NCBI GenBank assembly: GCA_025359425.1
Contig: JANYGC010000120.1
Span: 7,931 to 71,930 of the forward strand
Direction of reading: 5' to 3'
Length of the DNA: 64,000 bases
DNA from: Sphingomonadaceae bacterium
GTDB lineage: Bacteria; Pseudomonadota; Alphaproteobacteria; Sphingomonadales; Sphingomonadaceae
Numbering within the stretch: position 1 is the stretch's first letter; the number at the start of each line of letters is the position of its first letter. Both the position numbers and the translations under genes were made by a program. Below, one piece after another: positions 36,180 through 44,041 of the stretch. The notes under the pieces are model-generated. The model had not been told where the DNA came from and did no database searches. It worked only from the letters and a program-made list of their open reading frames with translations.

Positions 36180-37100
36180 ATGAATCGGCGCTGGCTGCCG
36201 CTTAACGCGCTGCGGGCCTTCGAAGCGGTCGGCAAGCATCTGAGCTTCACCGGCGGCGCTGCGGCGCTGTCGGTTTCACAAAGCGCGATGAGCCGCCATG
36301 TCAGCGCACTCGAAAGCCTGCTGGGCAAGCAACTGTTCGAGCGCGACACCGGCCGCTTGTCGCTCACCCCGGCGGGGGAAGAGCTGCTGGCAGTCGTCGC
36401 CAAGTCGCTGGAACGGATCGAGCAGACGATGAATGCGATCCGCGACGAAAGCGTGCCGGGGCGGGCAATGCGGCTGCATGTGCCGCCCTCGCTGCTCCAG
36501 CAGATGTTCATGCCGATGCTCGGCGACTTCCATCGTGACCATCCAGAGTTCCGGATCGACGTATCCAGCGCCAATGTCACCGGCTTGCCGCCAACCGAGC
36601 TCGACATGGCGATTGTCTATGACCGCCCCAACATCGATGACCGGATCACCGATCTGTTGTGGATGGTCCGGGTTGCACCGCTCTGTTCACCGGCAACTGC
36701 GGCGGCGGCGCCGGGCAAATCGCTGGCGGAGTTCCTGGCCGCGCAGGAGTTGCTGCACCTCAAGCTGGACGGCCTGCCGCGCGATCTGCTGTGGGGCGAT
36801 TACCTGCAGCGCAATGCAATCACCCGGCCGATGCTGGGCGGGCTCGCGTTCGATACGGCGATCGCTTCGGCTAAATATGCGATGACCTCGGGCGGGGTCA
36901 TGCTGGGCGATGTCGACATGTTTGCGGCCGAGGTTGCTGCCGGGCAACTGGTGATGCCGTATGACGCCGTGATCGAGGATGGCTACGGCTACTACCTCAA
37001 GCTGCATGCCGACGATCTGGCCGATCCCGCCATAGCGGTGTTCAGAAGCTGGCTGATCAGCCGCTTCGCAGCTCTGCGTGGCGTCACTCCGCGAGAATGA
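36180..37100 (+). CDS. LysR-family transcriptional regulator (GcvA/AmpR-like N-terminus)
   Basis: 306 aa. Motif LPLNALRAFEAVGKHLSFTGGAAALSVSQSAMSRHVSALESLLGKQLFER. Divergent from the eight-gene operon. Confidence 0.85.
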   Translation: MNRRWLPLNALRAFEAVGKHLSFTGGAAALSVSQSAMSRHVSALESLLGKQLFERDTGRLSLTPAGEELLAVVAKSLERIEQTMNAIRDESVPGRAMRLHVPPSLLQQMFMPMLGDFHRDHPEFRIDVSSANVTGLPPTELDMAIVYDRPNIDDRITDLLWMVRVAPLCSPATAAAAPGKSLAEFLAAQELLHLKLDGLPRDLLWGDYLQRNAITRPMLGGLAFDTAIASAKYAMTSGGVMLGDVDMFAAEVAAGQLVMPYDAVIEDGYGYYLKLHADDLADPAIAVFRSWLISRFAALRGVTPRE

Positions 37101-39438
37101 TCTCCGCCGCTGCATCGAACACGGCCTCGGGATCGAGCCGGTAGGTGCGGTACAGATCGGGCAGGTCGCCGGTCTGGCCGAACCGGTCGATCCCCAACGG
37201 GCTGATCCGGTGACCTCTGACCCCGCCCAGCCATGACAGCGCAGCCGGCGATCCGTCGATCAGGGTGACGATGCCGGCATCGCGGGCCAGCGGGGCGAGC
37301 AGCGTCTCGATATGGCTCGGCTGGCGCTCACTGCCGCCGCCGCGCAAGGCATTGGCTGCCGACCAATCGCGGTGCAGCAGATCGGGTGAAGTAACCGCGA
37401 GCAGCCCCAGCCCGGGCAGGTCTTCGCGCAGCACCTCCCACGCGGCCAGCGCCTCGGGTGCAATCGCGCCGATATAGGCGATCGCCAACCGGCTCCCCGC
37501 TTGCGGTGCGCGCAGCCAGTAGGCGCCGCGCAGCGCGCCGACTTTCCAGCTGTCATCCGCGCGCGCCGGTTGCTCGAGCAACCGGGTCGAGAGGCGCAGA
37601 TAGACCGAGCCGCCTTCGTCCGCCTGGATATGACCGAAGGCCCAGTGCATCAGCAGCGCCAGCTCATCGGCAAAGGCCGGTTCGAAATAGGTCAGACCCG
37701 GTTGGCCCATGCCGATCAGCGGGGTGTTGATCGATTGGTGCGCCCCGCCTTCGGGGCCCAGCGTAAGTCCGGCGGGTGTCGCCACCAGCAGAAAGCGCGC
37801 ATCCTGATAGCAAGCGTAGTTGAGCGCATCGAGCCCGCGGGCGATGAACGGGTCGTAGACCGTGCCGATCGGCAGCAGCCGGTGCCCGAACACGGGGCCG
37901 GACAATCCCAGCGCGGCCAGCAGCAGGAACAGGTTGTTCTCGGCAATGCCCAACTCGATATGTTGCCCGGCAAGATTGCCGGCCCATTTCTGCGGCGAGG
38001 GGATCTTGTAGCCCGCAAAGATGTCTTTGAGCTCCTGGCGCCGGAACAGCCCGCGCTGGTTCACAAAAGCGCCAAGGTTGGTCGAGACGGTGACATCGGG
38101 CGAAGTGGTCACGATCCGGTCGGCCAGGGCATGGCCGGACTTGGACAAGTCCAGCAGGATCCGGCCAAATGCGGCCTGGGTGGATTGCTCGGCCCCGTCG
38201 GGAACCGCGACAGCGTCGGGCACCGGGATGGCCGCTGCGGGCGGTGCGGCGCGGGCGAGCACGGCGCGGGTGGGCTCGATGAATGCTTTGAGATCGCTGA
38301 TGCTGTTATCGCCCAGGCCGGCAAATGGCTCCCATTCAGCGCCTTCGGCAATGCCCAGACTTTCGCGCAGCAAAGCGATCTGGGTCGGGTTCATCAGCCC
38401 GGCGTGGTTATCCTTGTGCCCCTGAAACGGCAGGCCATAACCTTTGACGGTATAAGCGATGAACATGGTCGGGCGCTCATCGTCGGCCTCGGCAAATGCC
38501 TCCAGCAAGGTCTCGATGCAGTGGCCGCCAAGGTTCAGCATCAACGCCGAGAGCGCGGTGTCATCCATGCTGGCAATCAGCGCCAGCGCCAGCTTGTCCG
38601 CCGGCAGATCGGTGCTGAGCCGCAACCGCCAGGCCGCGCCGCCTTGATAGGTCAACGCGGCATACTCGGCATTGGGGCAATCATCGATCCAGCGCTCGAT
38701 CGCCGCCCCGCCGGGGCGCTTGAACACCGCGCGCTGCATCTTGCCGTGCTTGAGCGTCAGGACGCGCCAGCCGCAGGTTTCAAAGATATCGTCAAACCGG
38801 CGGAACATCCGGTCGGCAGTGGTCGAATCGAGCGACTGGCGGTTGTAGTCGACAATCCACCAGCAGTTGCGGATGTCGTGCTTGTACCCTTCGATCAGGC
38901 ATTCGTAGATGTTGCCTTCATCCAGTTCGGCATCGCCCATCAGCGCGATCATCCGCCCGGCATCGGCCTGGGCGAGCTGACCGTGCGCGATCAGGTAGTC
39001 CTGCACCAGGCTGGCAAAGGCGGTGATGGCGACGCCAAGCCCGACCGACCCGGTGGAGAAATCGACCGGGATCTGGTCCTTGGTGCGCGATGGATAGCTT
39101 TGCGCGCCGCCAAGCCCGCGGAAAGCCTGCAACTGCTCGAGCGACTGGTTGCCCAGCAGGTAGTGAATCGCGTGGAGCACTGGCCCGGCATGCGGTTTAA
39201 CCGCGACCCGGTCCTGCGGGCGCAAGGCGTGAAAGTAGAGCGCGGTCATGATCGTCGAGATCGAGGAGCAGCTCGCCTGATGACCGCCGACCTTCAAGCC
39301 GTCGCGGCTTTCGCGCAAGTGGTTGGCATTGTGGATGATCCACGCCGACAGCCAGCGCAGCCGGCTGTCGATCAGCTCGAGCGGGGCGATGCGTTCGCGA
39401 TCGTGGTGCGGTAACAAGGACTCGGTCAGGTGGTTCAT
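37084..39438 (-). CDS. Homodimeric-type 2-oxoacid dehydrogenase E1 component-like protein (AceE-like, short form). No E2/E3 genes adjacent.
   Basis: ATG at 39438 (MNHLTESLL...). The longer 1020-aa ORF would run through the divergent Lrp gene. Motifs GGHQASCSSISTIMTALYFHALRP and GDAELDEGNIYE (ThDP-binding-type GD..E/N motif), plus a transketolase-like C-terminal half. 784 aa. Confidence 0.8.
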   Translation of the reverse strand: MNHLTESLLPHHDRERIAPLELIDSRLRWLSAWIIHNANHLRESRDGLKVGGHQASCSSISTIMTALYFHALRPQDRVAVKPHAGPVLHAIHYLLGNQSLEQLQAFRGLGGAQSYPSRTKDQIPVDFSTGSVGLGVAITAFASLVQDYLIAHGQLAQADAGRMIALMGDAELDEGNIYECLIEGYKHDIRNCWWIVDYNRQSLDSTTADRMFRRFDDIFETCGWRVLTLKHGKMQRAVFKRPGGAAIERWIDDCPNAEYAALTYQGGAAWRLRLSTDLPADKLALALIASMDDTALSALMLNLGGHCIETLLEAFAEADDERPTMFIAYTVKGYGLPFQGHKDNHAGLMNPTQIALLRESLGIAEGAEWEPFAGLGDNSISDLKAFIEPTRAVLARAAPPAAAIPVPDAVAVPDGAEQSTQAAFGRILLDLSKSGHALADRIVTTSPDVTVSTNLGAFVNQRGLFRRQELKDIFAGYKIPSPQKWAGNLAGQHIELGIAENNLFLLLAALGLSGPVFGHRLLPIGTVYDPFIARGLDALNYACYQDARFLLVATPAGLTLGPEGGAHQSINTPLIGMGQPGLTYFEPAFADELALLMHWAFGHIQADEGGSVYLRLSTRLLEQPARADDSWKVGALRGAYWLRAPQAGSRLAIAYIGAIAPEALAAWEVLREDLPGLGLLAVTSPDLLHRDWSAANALRGGGSERQPSHIETLLAPLARDAGIVTLIDGSPAALSWLGGVRGHRISPLGIDRFGQTGDLPDLYRTYRLDPEAVFDAAAEIILAE

Positions 39439-39531
39439 CGCCCGATTGTAGTCGCTCTGCCGAAGCAGGTACTTGCAAGTTTGCGCTGCAAATGGCAATA
39501 AATTGGCATAATTAGCCGAAAAAGAGCAACA

Positions 39532-40008
39532 ATGAGCAATAATGCGCCGTATTTCCTCGATACGTTTGATCACGCGATCCTCGCGCAGCTGCAGGATGAC
39601 GGGCGGATCACGAATCAGGAGCTCGCCGAGCGGATCGGGCTCACCGCCAGCCCATGTTTGCGGCGGACCAAACGCCTCGAACAGTCGGGCGTGATCGAGC
39701 GTTACGTCGCGCTGGTCGATCCGGTTAAAGTCGGGCTGGCGGTCAATGCCTTTGTCCGCGTCCGCCTGGACAGCCAGGATGACAGTACACTGACCACATT
39801 TGAAGCGACAATCGGCGATTTCCCGGAAGTGATGCAGTGCTACCTGATGACCGGAGATGCCGACTATCAGTTGCTTGTGCTGGTGCGATCGCTGGCTGAG
39901 TTTGAGGAATTCCTGCGGTTCCGGCTGACCAAAGTGCCCGGCGTGGAGCAGGTCACCACCGGCTTCGCCTTGCGCTCTGTGGTTTCCCGAACCCGTCTGC
40001 CGGTATGA
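39532..40008 (+). CDS. Lrp/AsnC-family transcriptional regulator
   Basis: 158 aa. Motif LDTFDHAILAQLQDDGRITNQELAERIGLTASPCLRRTKRLEQSGVI and a C-terminal RAM-like domain. The AT-rich 93-nt divergent intergenic region is shared with the E1-like gene. Confidence 0.9.
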   Translation: MSNNAPYFLDTFDHAILAQLQDDGRITNQELAERIGLTASPCLRRTKRLEQSGVIERYVALVDPVKVGLAVNAFVRVRLDSQDDSTLTTFEATIGDFPEVMQCYLMTGDADYQLLVLVRSLAEFEEFLRFRLTKVPGVEQVTTGFALRSVVSRTRLPV

Positions 40009-40072
40009 AACCGGACTCGACCAATATCGGCATCCAGCATTGTCAAAGGGTTGGCCGGGCCAGAAATGCGTT

Positions 40073-40100
40073 GGGCGGGCCTGCCTTGGCAAACCCGCCC
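40073..40100. terminator. Weak candidate bidirectional hairpin between convergent lrp-like and panC genes
   Basis: GGGCGGG (40073-40079) pairs with CCCGCCC (40094-40100) around a 14-nt loop. No clear U-tract on either strand. Confidence 0.25.
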
Positions 40101-40191
40101 ATGCCCCCGGAAGCAAACACAACGGGTTCACTGCCTGGACCCTCAATGCAGGTATTTTCCCTTGGCTACTTGCACAAATGCGCCAAGTTGA

Positions 40192-41049
40192 TCAGCCGGC
40201 CTGAAGCGGCATGTTGTCGATCAGCCGGGTGCCGCCGATCCGTGCCGCGACCAGCAGGCGGGCGGGGTCCGGGCCCAGTTCGGCCAGCGGGGTCAGGTCA
40301 CCGGCATCGCGCACTTCGGCAAAGTCGACCGACGCGAAACCCGCATCTTCCAGCGCGGCAGTGAGTGCGGCCATCGCCGCCCGGATCGGGGCGCCACTCC
40401 GGATCGCGGCAATCGCTCCGGCCATCGAACGCGGCAGCGCCGCCGCCGACTGGCGCTGTTCGGGAGTGAGGAAAGCATTGCGCGAGCTCAGCGCCAGCCC
40501 GTCGGCCTCGCGCACGGTCGGCACCCCGATGATCGCGTCCGCATGCGGGAGCAGCAGATCAAGGTCACGCGCCATGCGGCGGATCACCGCGAGCTGCTGC
40601 CAGTCCTTCTCGCCGAACAGCGCCAGATCGGGCGCGACCTGGTTGAACAGCTTGCACACCACCGTGGCGACCCCGTCGAAATGCCCCGGCCGCGCCGCGC
40701 CGCACAGACCCTGACTGACCCCGCCGACGACGACGTTGGTGGCATAGCCGGGCGGATACATCGCCGCAGCATCGGGTGCCCACAGCAGGTGTACGCCTTC
40801 GGCTGCGAGCAGCGCGGTATCGGCGGCGAGCTGGCGGGGGTATTTCCCAAGATCCTCGTTCGCGCCGAACTGGCGCGGGTTGACGAAGATCGAGACGACC
40901 ACGTGCGCCGCCCGCTTGGCCGCCTCGCGCACCAACGCCAGATGCCCTTCATGCAGCGCTCCCATGGTCGGGACCAATGCCACTGGCCCGTCCGCCTTGA
41001 GCATGGCCACAGCACGGCGCAGGGGATCAAGCTGCGTCACGGTTTGCAC
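40192..41049 (-). CDS. panC: Pantoate--beta-alanine ligase
   Basis: GTG at 41049 with AAGGGAG 7 nt upstream; an alternative GTG lies at 41040. Motifs LVPTMGALHEGHLALV (HxGH), VVSIFVNPRQF, RPGHFDGVATVVCKLFN and LALSSRN. 285 aa. Confidence 0.9.
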   Translation of the reverse strand: MQTVTQLDPLRRAVAMLKADGPVALVPTMGALHEGHLALVREAAKRAAHVVVSIFVNPRQFGANEDLGKYPRQLAADTALLAAEGVHLLWAPDAAAMYPPGYATNVVVGGVSQGLCGAARPGHFDGVATVVCKLFNQVAPDLALFGEKDWQQLAVIRRMARDLDLLLPHADAIIGVPTVREADGLALSSRNAFLTPEQRQSAAALPRSMAGAIAAIRSGAPIRAAMAALTAALEDAGFASVDFAEVRDAGDLTPLAELGPDPARLLVAARIGGTRLIDNMPLQAG

Positions 41050-41148
41050 AGGAACACTCCCTTGGGTAAGACGTTGGCAGTAAACAGCACCCGCATTAGG
41101 CGGCGCGGTTGGCTGCGGCAACACTTGCAAAACAGGTTCAAGCACCAC

Positions 41149-41979
41149 GTGACTTCGCATTCCGGCCCGCACCGCATCGTCTTCGCCAATGAAAAGGGCG
41201 GGACCGGCAAATCGACCACCGCGGTCCATGTCGCGATCGCGCTGGCCTATCAGGGCGCGCGGGTTGCTGCGCTCGATCTCGATCCGCGCCAGCGCACGCT
41301 GCACCGCTATCTCGAGAACCGTGCCGAGACCGAACGCCGCCGCGCGATCAACCTGCCCAATGCGCAGTTCGAGGTGTTCACCGGCGATACCTTGGCCGAA
41401 CTCGAAGCACAGATCGCGGCGCTGAGCGAAAACGCCGACTTCCTGATCTTCGACACCCCCGGGCGCGACGACCTGTTCGCCCGCCATGTCGCGACCGAAG
41501 CCGATACGCTGGTCACCCCGCTGAACGACAGCTTCGTCGATTTCGACCTGATCGGGCAAGTCGATGCGGAAACCTTCAAGGTCCGCAAGCTGTCGTTCTA
41601 TGCCGAGCTGATCTGGGAAGCGCGCAAAAAGCGGGCGATGACCACGATCAAGGACTCCCAGTCAGGTGGGCGCCGCCGCGAGATGGACTGGGTGGTGGTG
41701 CGCAACCGCACCCAGCACACCGAGGCGCGCAACATGAAGCGGCTCGATTCGGCGTTGACCGAGCTGTCGAAGCGGGTCGGCTTCCGCATCGCCAGCGGGC
41801 TTTCCGAACGGGTGATCTACCGTGAGCTGTTTCCTTCGGGGCTTACACTGCTCGACAAGGGCCAGCTGGGCGAGCTTGGTACCAGCCACCTCGTCGCCCG
41901 GCAGGAACTGCGCGCGCTGCTCGCCGCGCTCAAGCTGCCGATGCCGGCGAGCCCTGCTCCCGAACTCGCGCTGGCCTGA
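41149..41979 (+). CDS. mipZ: MipZ/ParA-family P-loop ATPase (division-plane positioning ATPase MipZ-like)
   Basis: P-loop IVFANEKGGTGKSTTAVHVAIALAYQGARVAALDLDPRQRTL resembles my recollection of the MipZ N-terminus. Divergent from panC. Start uncertain: GTG 41149 or TTG 41125. Confidence 0.8.
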   Translation: MTSHSGPHRIVFANEKGGTGKSTTAVHVAIALAYQGARVAALDLDPRQRTLHRYLENRAETERRRAINLPNAQFEVFTGDTLAELEAQIAALSENADFLIFDTPGRDDLFARHVATEADTLVTPLNDSFVDFDLIGQVDAETFKVRKLSFYAELIWEARKKRAMTTIKDSQSGGRRREMDWVVVRNRTQHTEARNMKRLDSALTELSKRVGFRIASGLSERVIYRELFPSGLTLLDKGQLGELGTSHLVARQELRALLAALKLPMPASPAPELALA

Positions 41980-41985
41980 GCGGCA

Positions 41986-42285
41986 GTGGCCAAATTGGTG
42001 TTCGTTGCGTTCTTCGCTTGCCTGGTCTGCCGCTGGGCAACCGGGCGCTGGCCGTGGCAAATCCTTCAGAACAGCGAACAATCTCAAAAAGAAGCGATGG
42101 CGCGTCGGCTCTTGGGGGTTGATCGCGGCGCCTCGCGCATCGACATAGCAGAGGCGCACCGCCGCTTGCTCGCCCAGGTTCATCCGGACCGCGGCGGCAG
42201 CAACGAGGCGGTGCACGCTGCCACCGCCGCGCGGGACTTGCTGCTCGCCCGGCTGACCGAACCGAGACAGGATCTTAGGCCTTGA
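41986..42285 (+). CDS. Small membrane-anchored J-domain protein
   Basis: 99 aa. N-terminal hydrophobic segment [16 protein letters not shown], then a J-domain core [30 protein letters not shown] with the HPD motif. Confidence 0.7.
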   Translation: MAKLVFVAFFACLVCRWATGRWPWQILQNSEQSQKEAMARRLLGVDRGASRIDIAEAHRRLLAQVHPDRGGSNEAVHAATAARDLLLARLTEPRQDLRP

Positions 42286-43694
42286 CCCAATTGACCCACA
42301 CCTTCGATGCCACCGTGCTGCGCGAATACGATATTCGCGGGATCATCGGCGAAACCTTGGGCGAGGCCGATGCCTATGCAATCGGCCGCGGCTTTGCGAC
42401 CCTGCTGGGGGCCGACGGCGGACGCACAATCGCGGTGGGCTATGACGGGCGGACGAGTTCGCCGATGCTCGAAGCCGCGCTGGTCAAGGGCATCAACGAA
42501 GCCGGGCTGGATGCGGTGCGCGTCGGGATGGGACCAACCCCGATGCTTTATTACGCCGAAGCTTCAATGGAAGATGTGCAGGGCGGCATTCAGATAACTG
42601 GCAGCCACAATCCCGCCAATTACAATGGCTTCAAGATGGTATTTCGGGGCCTGCCGTTTTTCGGGCAGGATATCCAGAAGCTGGGACGGATCGCGGCGGA
42701 GGGCGCCTGGGCCAGTGGCAGCGGCAGCCACCAGTCGCGCGAGATCCTTGGGGAGTATGTTGCCCGGCTGGTCGAGGGGCTCGCCGGGCTCGACACCGCC
42801 AAGCTCGCTGACCTCGCGATCGGCTGGGACGCCGGCAACGGCGCGGCTGGCCCCGCGCTCGAACTGCTCGTGAAACAACTTCCTGGCCGCCATTTTACCC
42901 TCTTCACCGAAGTCGACGGGAATTTCCCGAACCACCATCCCGATCCGACCGAGGAAAAGAACCTCGCCGATCTGAAGGAACTGGTCGCGCGCGAAAGGCT
43001 CGATTTCGGGATTGCTTTCGATGGCGACGGCGACCGGATCGGCGCGATCGACGGTGGAGGCCGGGTCATCTGGGGCGACCAATTGCTCATGATCTACGCC
43101 GAGGACCTTCTGAAAATGGAGCCCGGAGCCACGATTATCGCGGATGTGAAGGCTTCGAAGGCTTTATTCGAGAAAGTCTCTCAGCTTGGTGGACACCCGG
43201 TTATGTGGAAAACCGGACACAGCCTGATTAAATCCAAAATGAAGGAAACTGGTGCGCCGCTGGCGGGCGAGATGAGCGGCCACGTGTTTTTCGCGCACCA
43301 GTACTACGGCTTCGACGATGCGCTCTACGCTGCGGTGCGGCTGATCGCCGCCTCAGCGCGGCTGGGCAAATCGGTGACCGAGCTGCGCAGCGAGATGCCG
43401 CCGCTGGTCAATACGCCCGAATTGCGCTTCCAGGTCGATGAAAGCCGCAAGTTCGCGGTGGTGGACGAAGTCAAGGCGCGACTCGCAGCCTCGGGCGCGG
43501 ACGTCAACGATATCGACGGGGTCCGCGTCACCACGCCGGACGGCTGGTGGCTGCTGCGCGCCTCGAACACCCAGGACGTGCTCGTCGCCCGGGCCGAAAG
43601 CAGCGATCAGGCCGGGCTCGACCGGTTGCTGGCTGAGGTTGACGCGCAGCTGGCGGCGTCAGGTTTGGAGCGCGGGGAAGCGGCGGAGCACTAG
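42282..43694 (+). CDS. Phosphoglucomutase/phosphomannomutase (alpha-D-phosphohexomutase family)
   Basis: 470 aa. TTG start overlaps the upstream stop (TTGA). Active-site loop [14 protein letters not shown], Mg loop FDGDGDR and GEMSGH. Confidence 0.9.
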   Translation: MTQLTHTFDATVLREYDIRGIIGETLGEADAYAIGRGFATLLGADGGRTIAVGYDGRTSSPMLEAALVKGINEAGLDAVRVGMGPTPMLYYAEASMEDVQGGIQITGSHNPANYNGFKMVFRGLPFFGQDIQKLGRIAAEGAWASGSGSHQSREILGEYVARLVEGLAGLDTAKLADLAIGWDAGNGAAGPALELLVKQLPGRHFTLFTEVDGNFPNHHPDPTEEKNLADLKELVARERLDFGIAFDGDGDRIGAIDGGGRVIWGDQLLMIYAEDLLKMEPGATIIADVKASKALFEKVSQLGGHPVMWKTGHSLIKSKMKETGAPLAGEMSGHVFFAHQYYGFDDALYAAVRLIAASARLGKSVTELRSEMPPLVNTPELRFQVDESRKFAVVDEVKARLAASGADVNDIDGVRVTTPDGWWLLRASNTQDVLVARAESSDQAGLDRLLAEVDAQLAASGLERGEAAEH

Positions 43695-43827
43695 GCTGCG
43701 GGCAAATTCCGGCCTGAATGACCGCCTGCTTTCGGCACAGCAACAGCACAAGTTTGATGTCGCGAATGTTGTGGATTCCGGACAGGCCGCTTTTGCGAGG
43801 AAACGGCAAAAAGTCGACGTTCTGCCT

Positions 43828-43853
43828 GTGTCACAACCGTTCGGTTGTGACAC
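43828..43853. promoter_or_regulatory. Palindrome copy 1, GTGTCACAACCG-TT-CGGTTGTGACAC. Candidate operator upstream of the DASS transporter.
   Basis: Perfect 12-bp arms with a 2-nt spacer, read directly. About 190 nt upstream of the start at 44042. A near-identical copy lies at 46092-46119. Confidence 0.45.
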
Positions 43854-44041
43854 TCACATCGGTACAGCTCCTTACAACCTAATTGTGCATTTCAGCGGCG
43901 TCGCTGTCTGCCGAATATGGATCACTTAAACTTGGCTCCCTGAATTTCGTATGGTGTTTGAAAAATGCGGTCAGAACTTGGTCAGGTTTACCTTACGACC
44001 GATTAAGACTATGCCTCGCTGATACGCTGTAGGGGAATTCT

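Noticed and set aside
39439-40146. The 1020-aa version of the E1-like ORF extending upstream to 40146.
   Set aside because: The extension runs antisense through the whole Lrp/AsnC gene (39532-40008) and has no E1-like sequence. The family-typical N-terminus begins at MNHLTESLL (ATG 39438).
40009-40191. A small RNA or ORF in the 183-nt convergent gap between the lrp-like gene and panC.
   Set aside because: Only a modest GC hairpin (40073-40100) without a U-tract is visible. There is no promoter-like AT-rich patch or conserved structure that I can support.
40543-41559. Mutually overlapping long versions of the panC ORF (up to 41559) and the mipZ-like ORF (from 40543).
   Set aside because: The PanC signature sequence begins just after the GTG at 41049, which has a good Shine-Dalgarno. 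The MipZ P-loop begins just after 41149. The extensions are antisense to each other's real coding regions.
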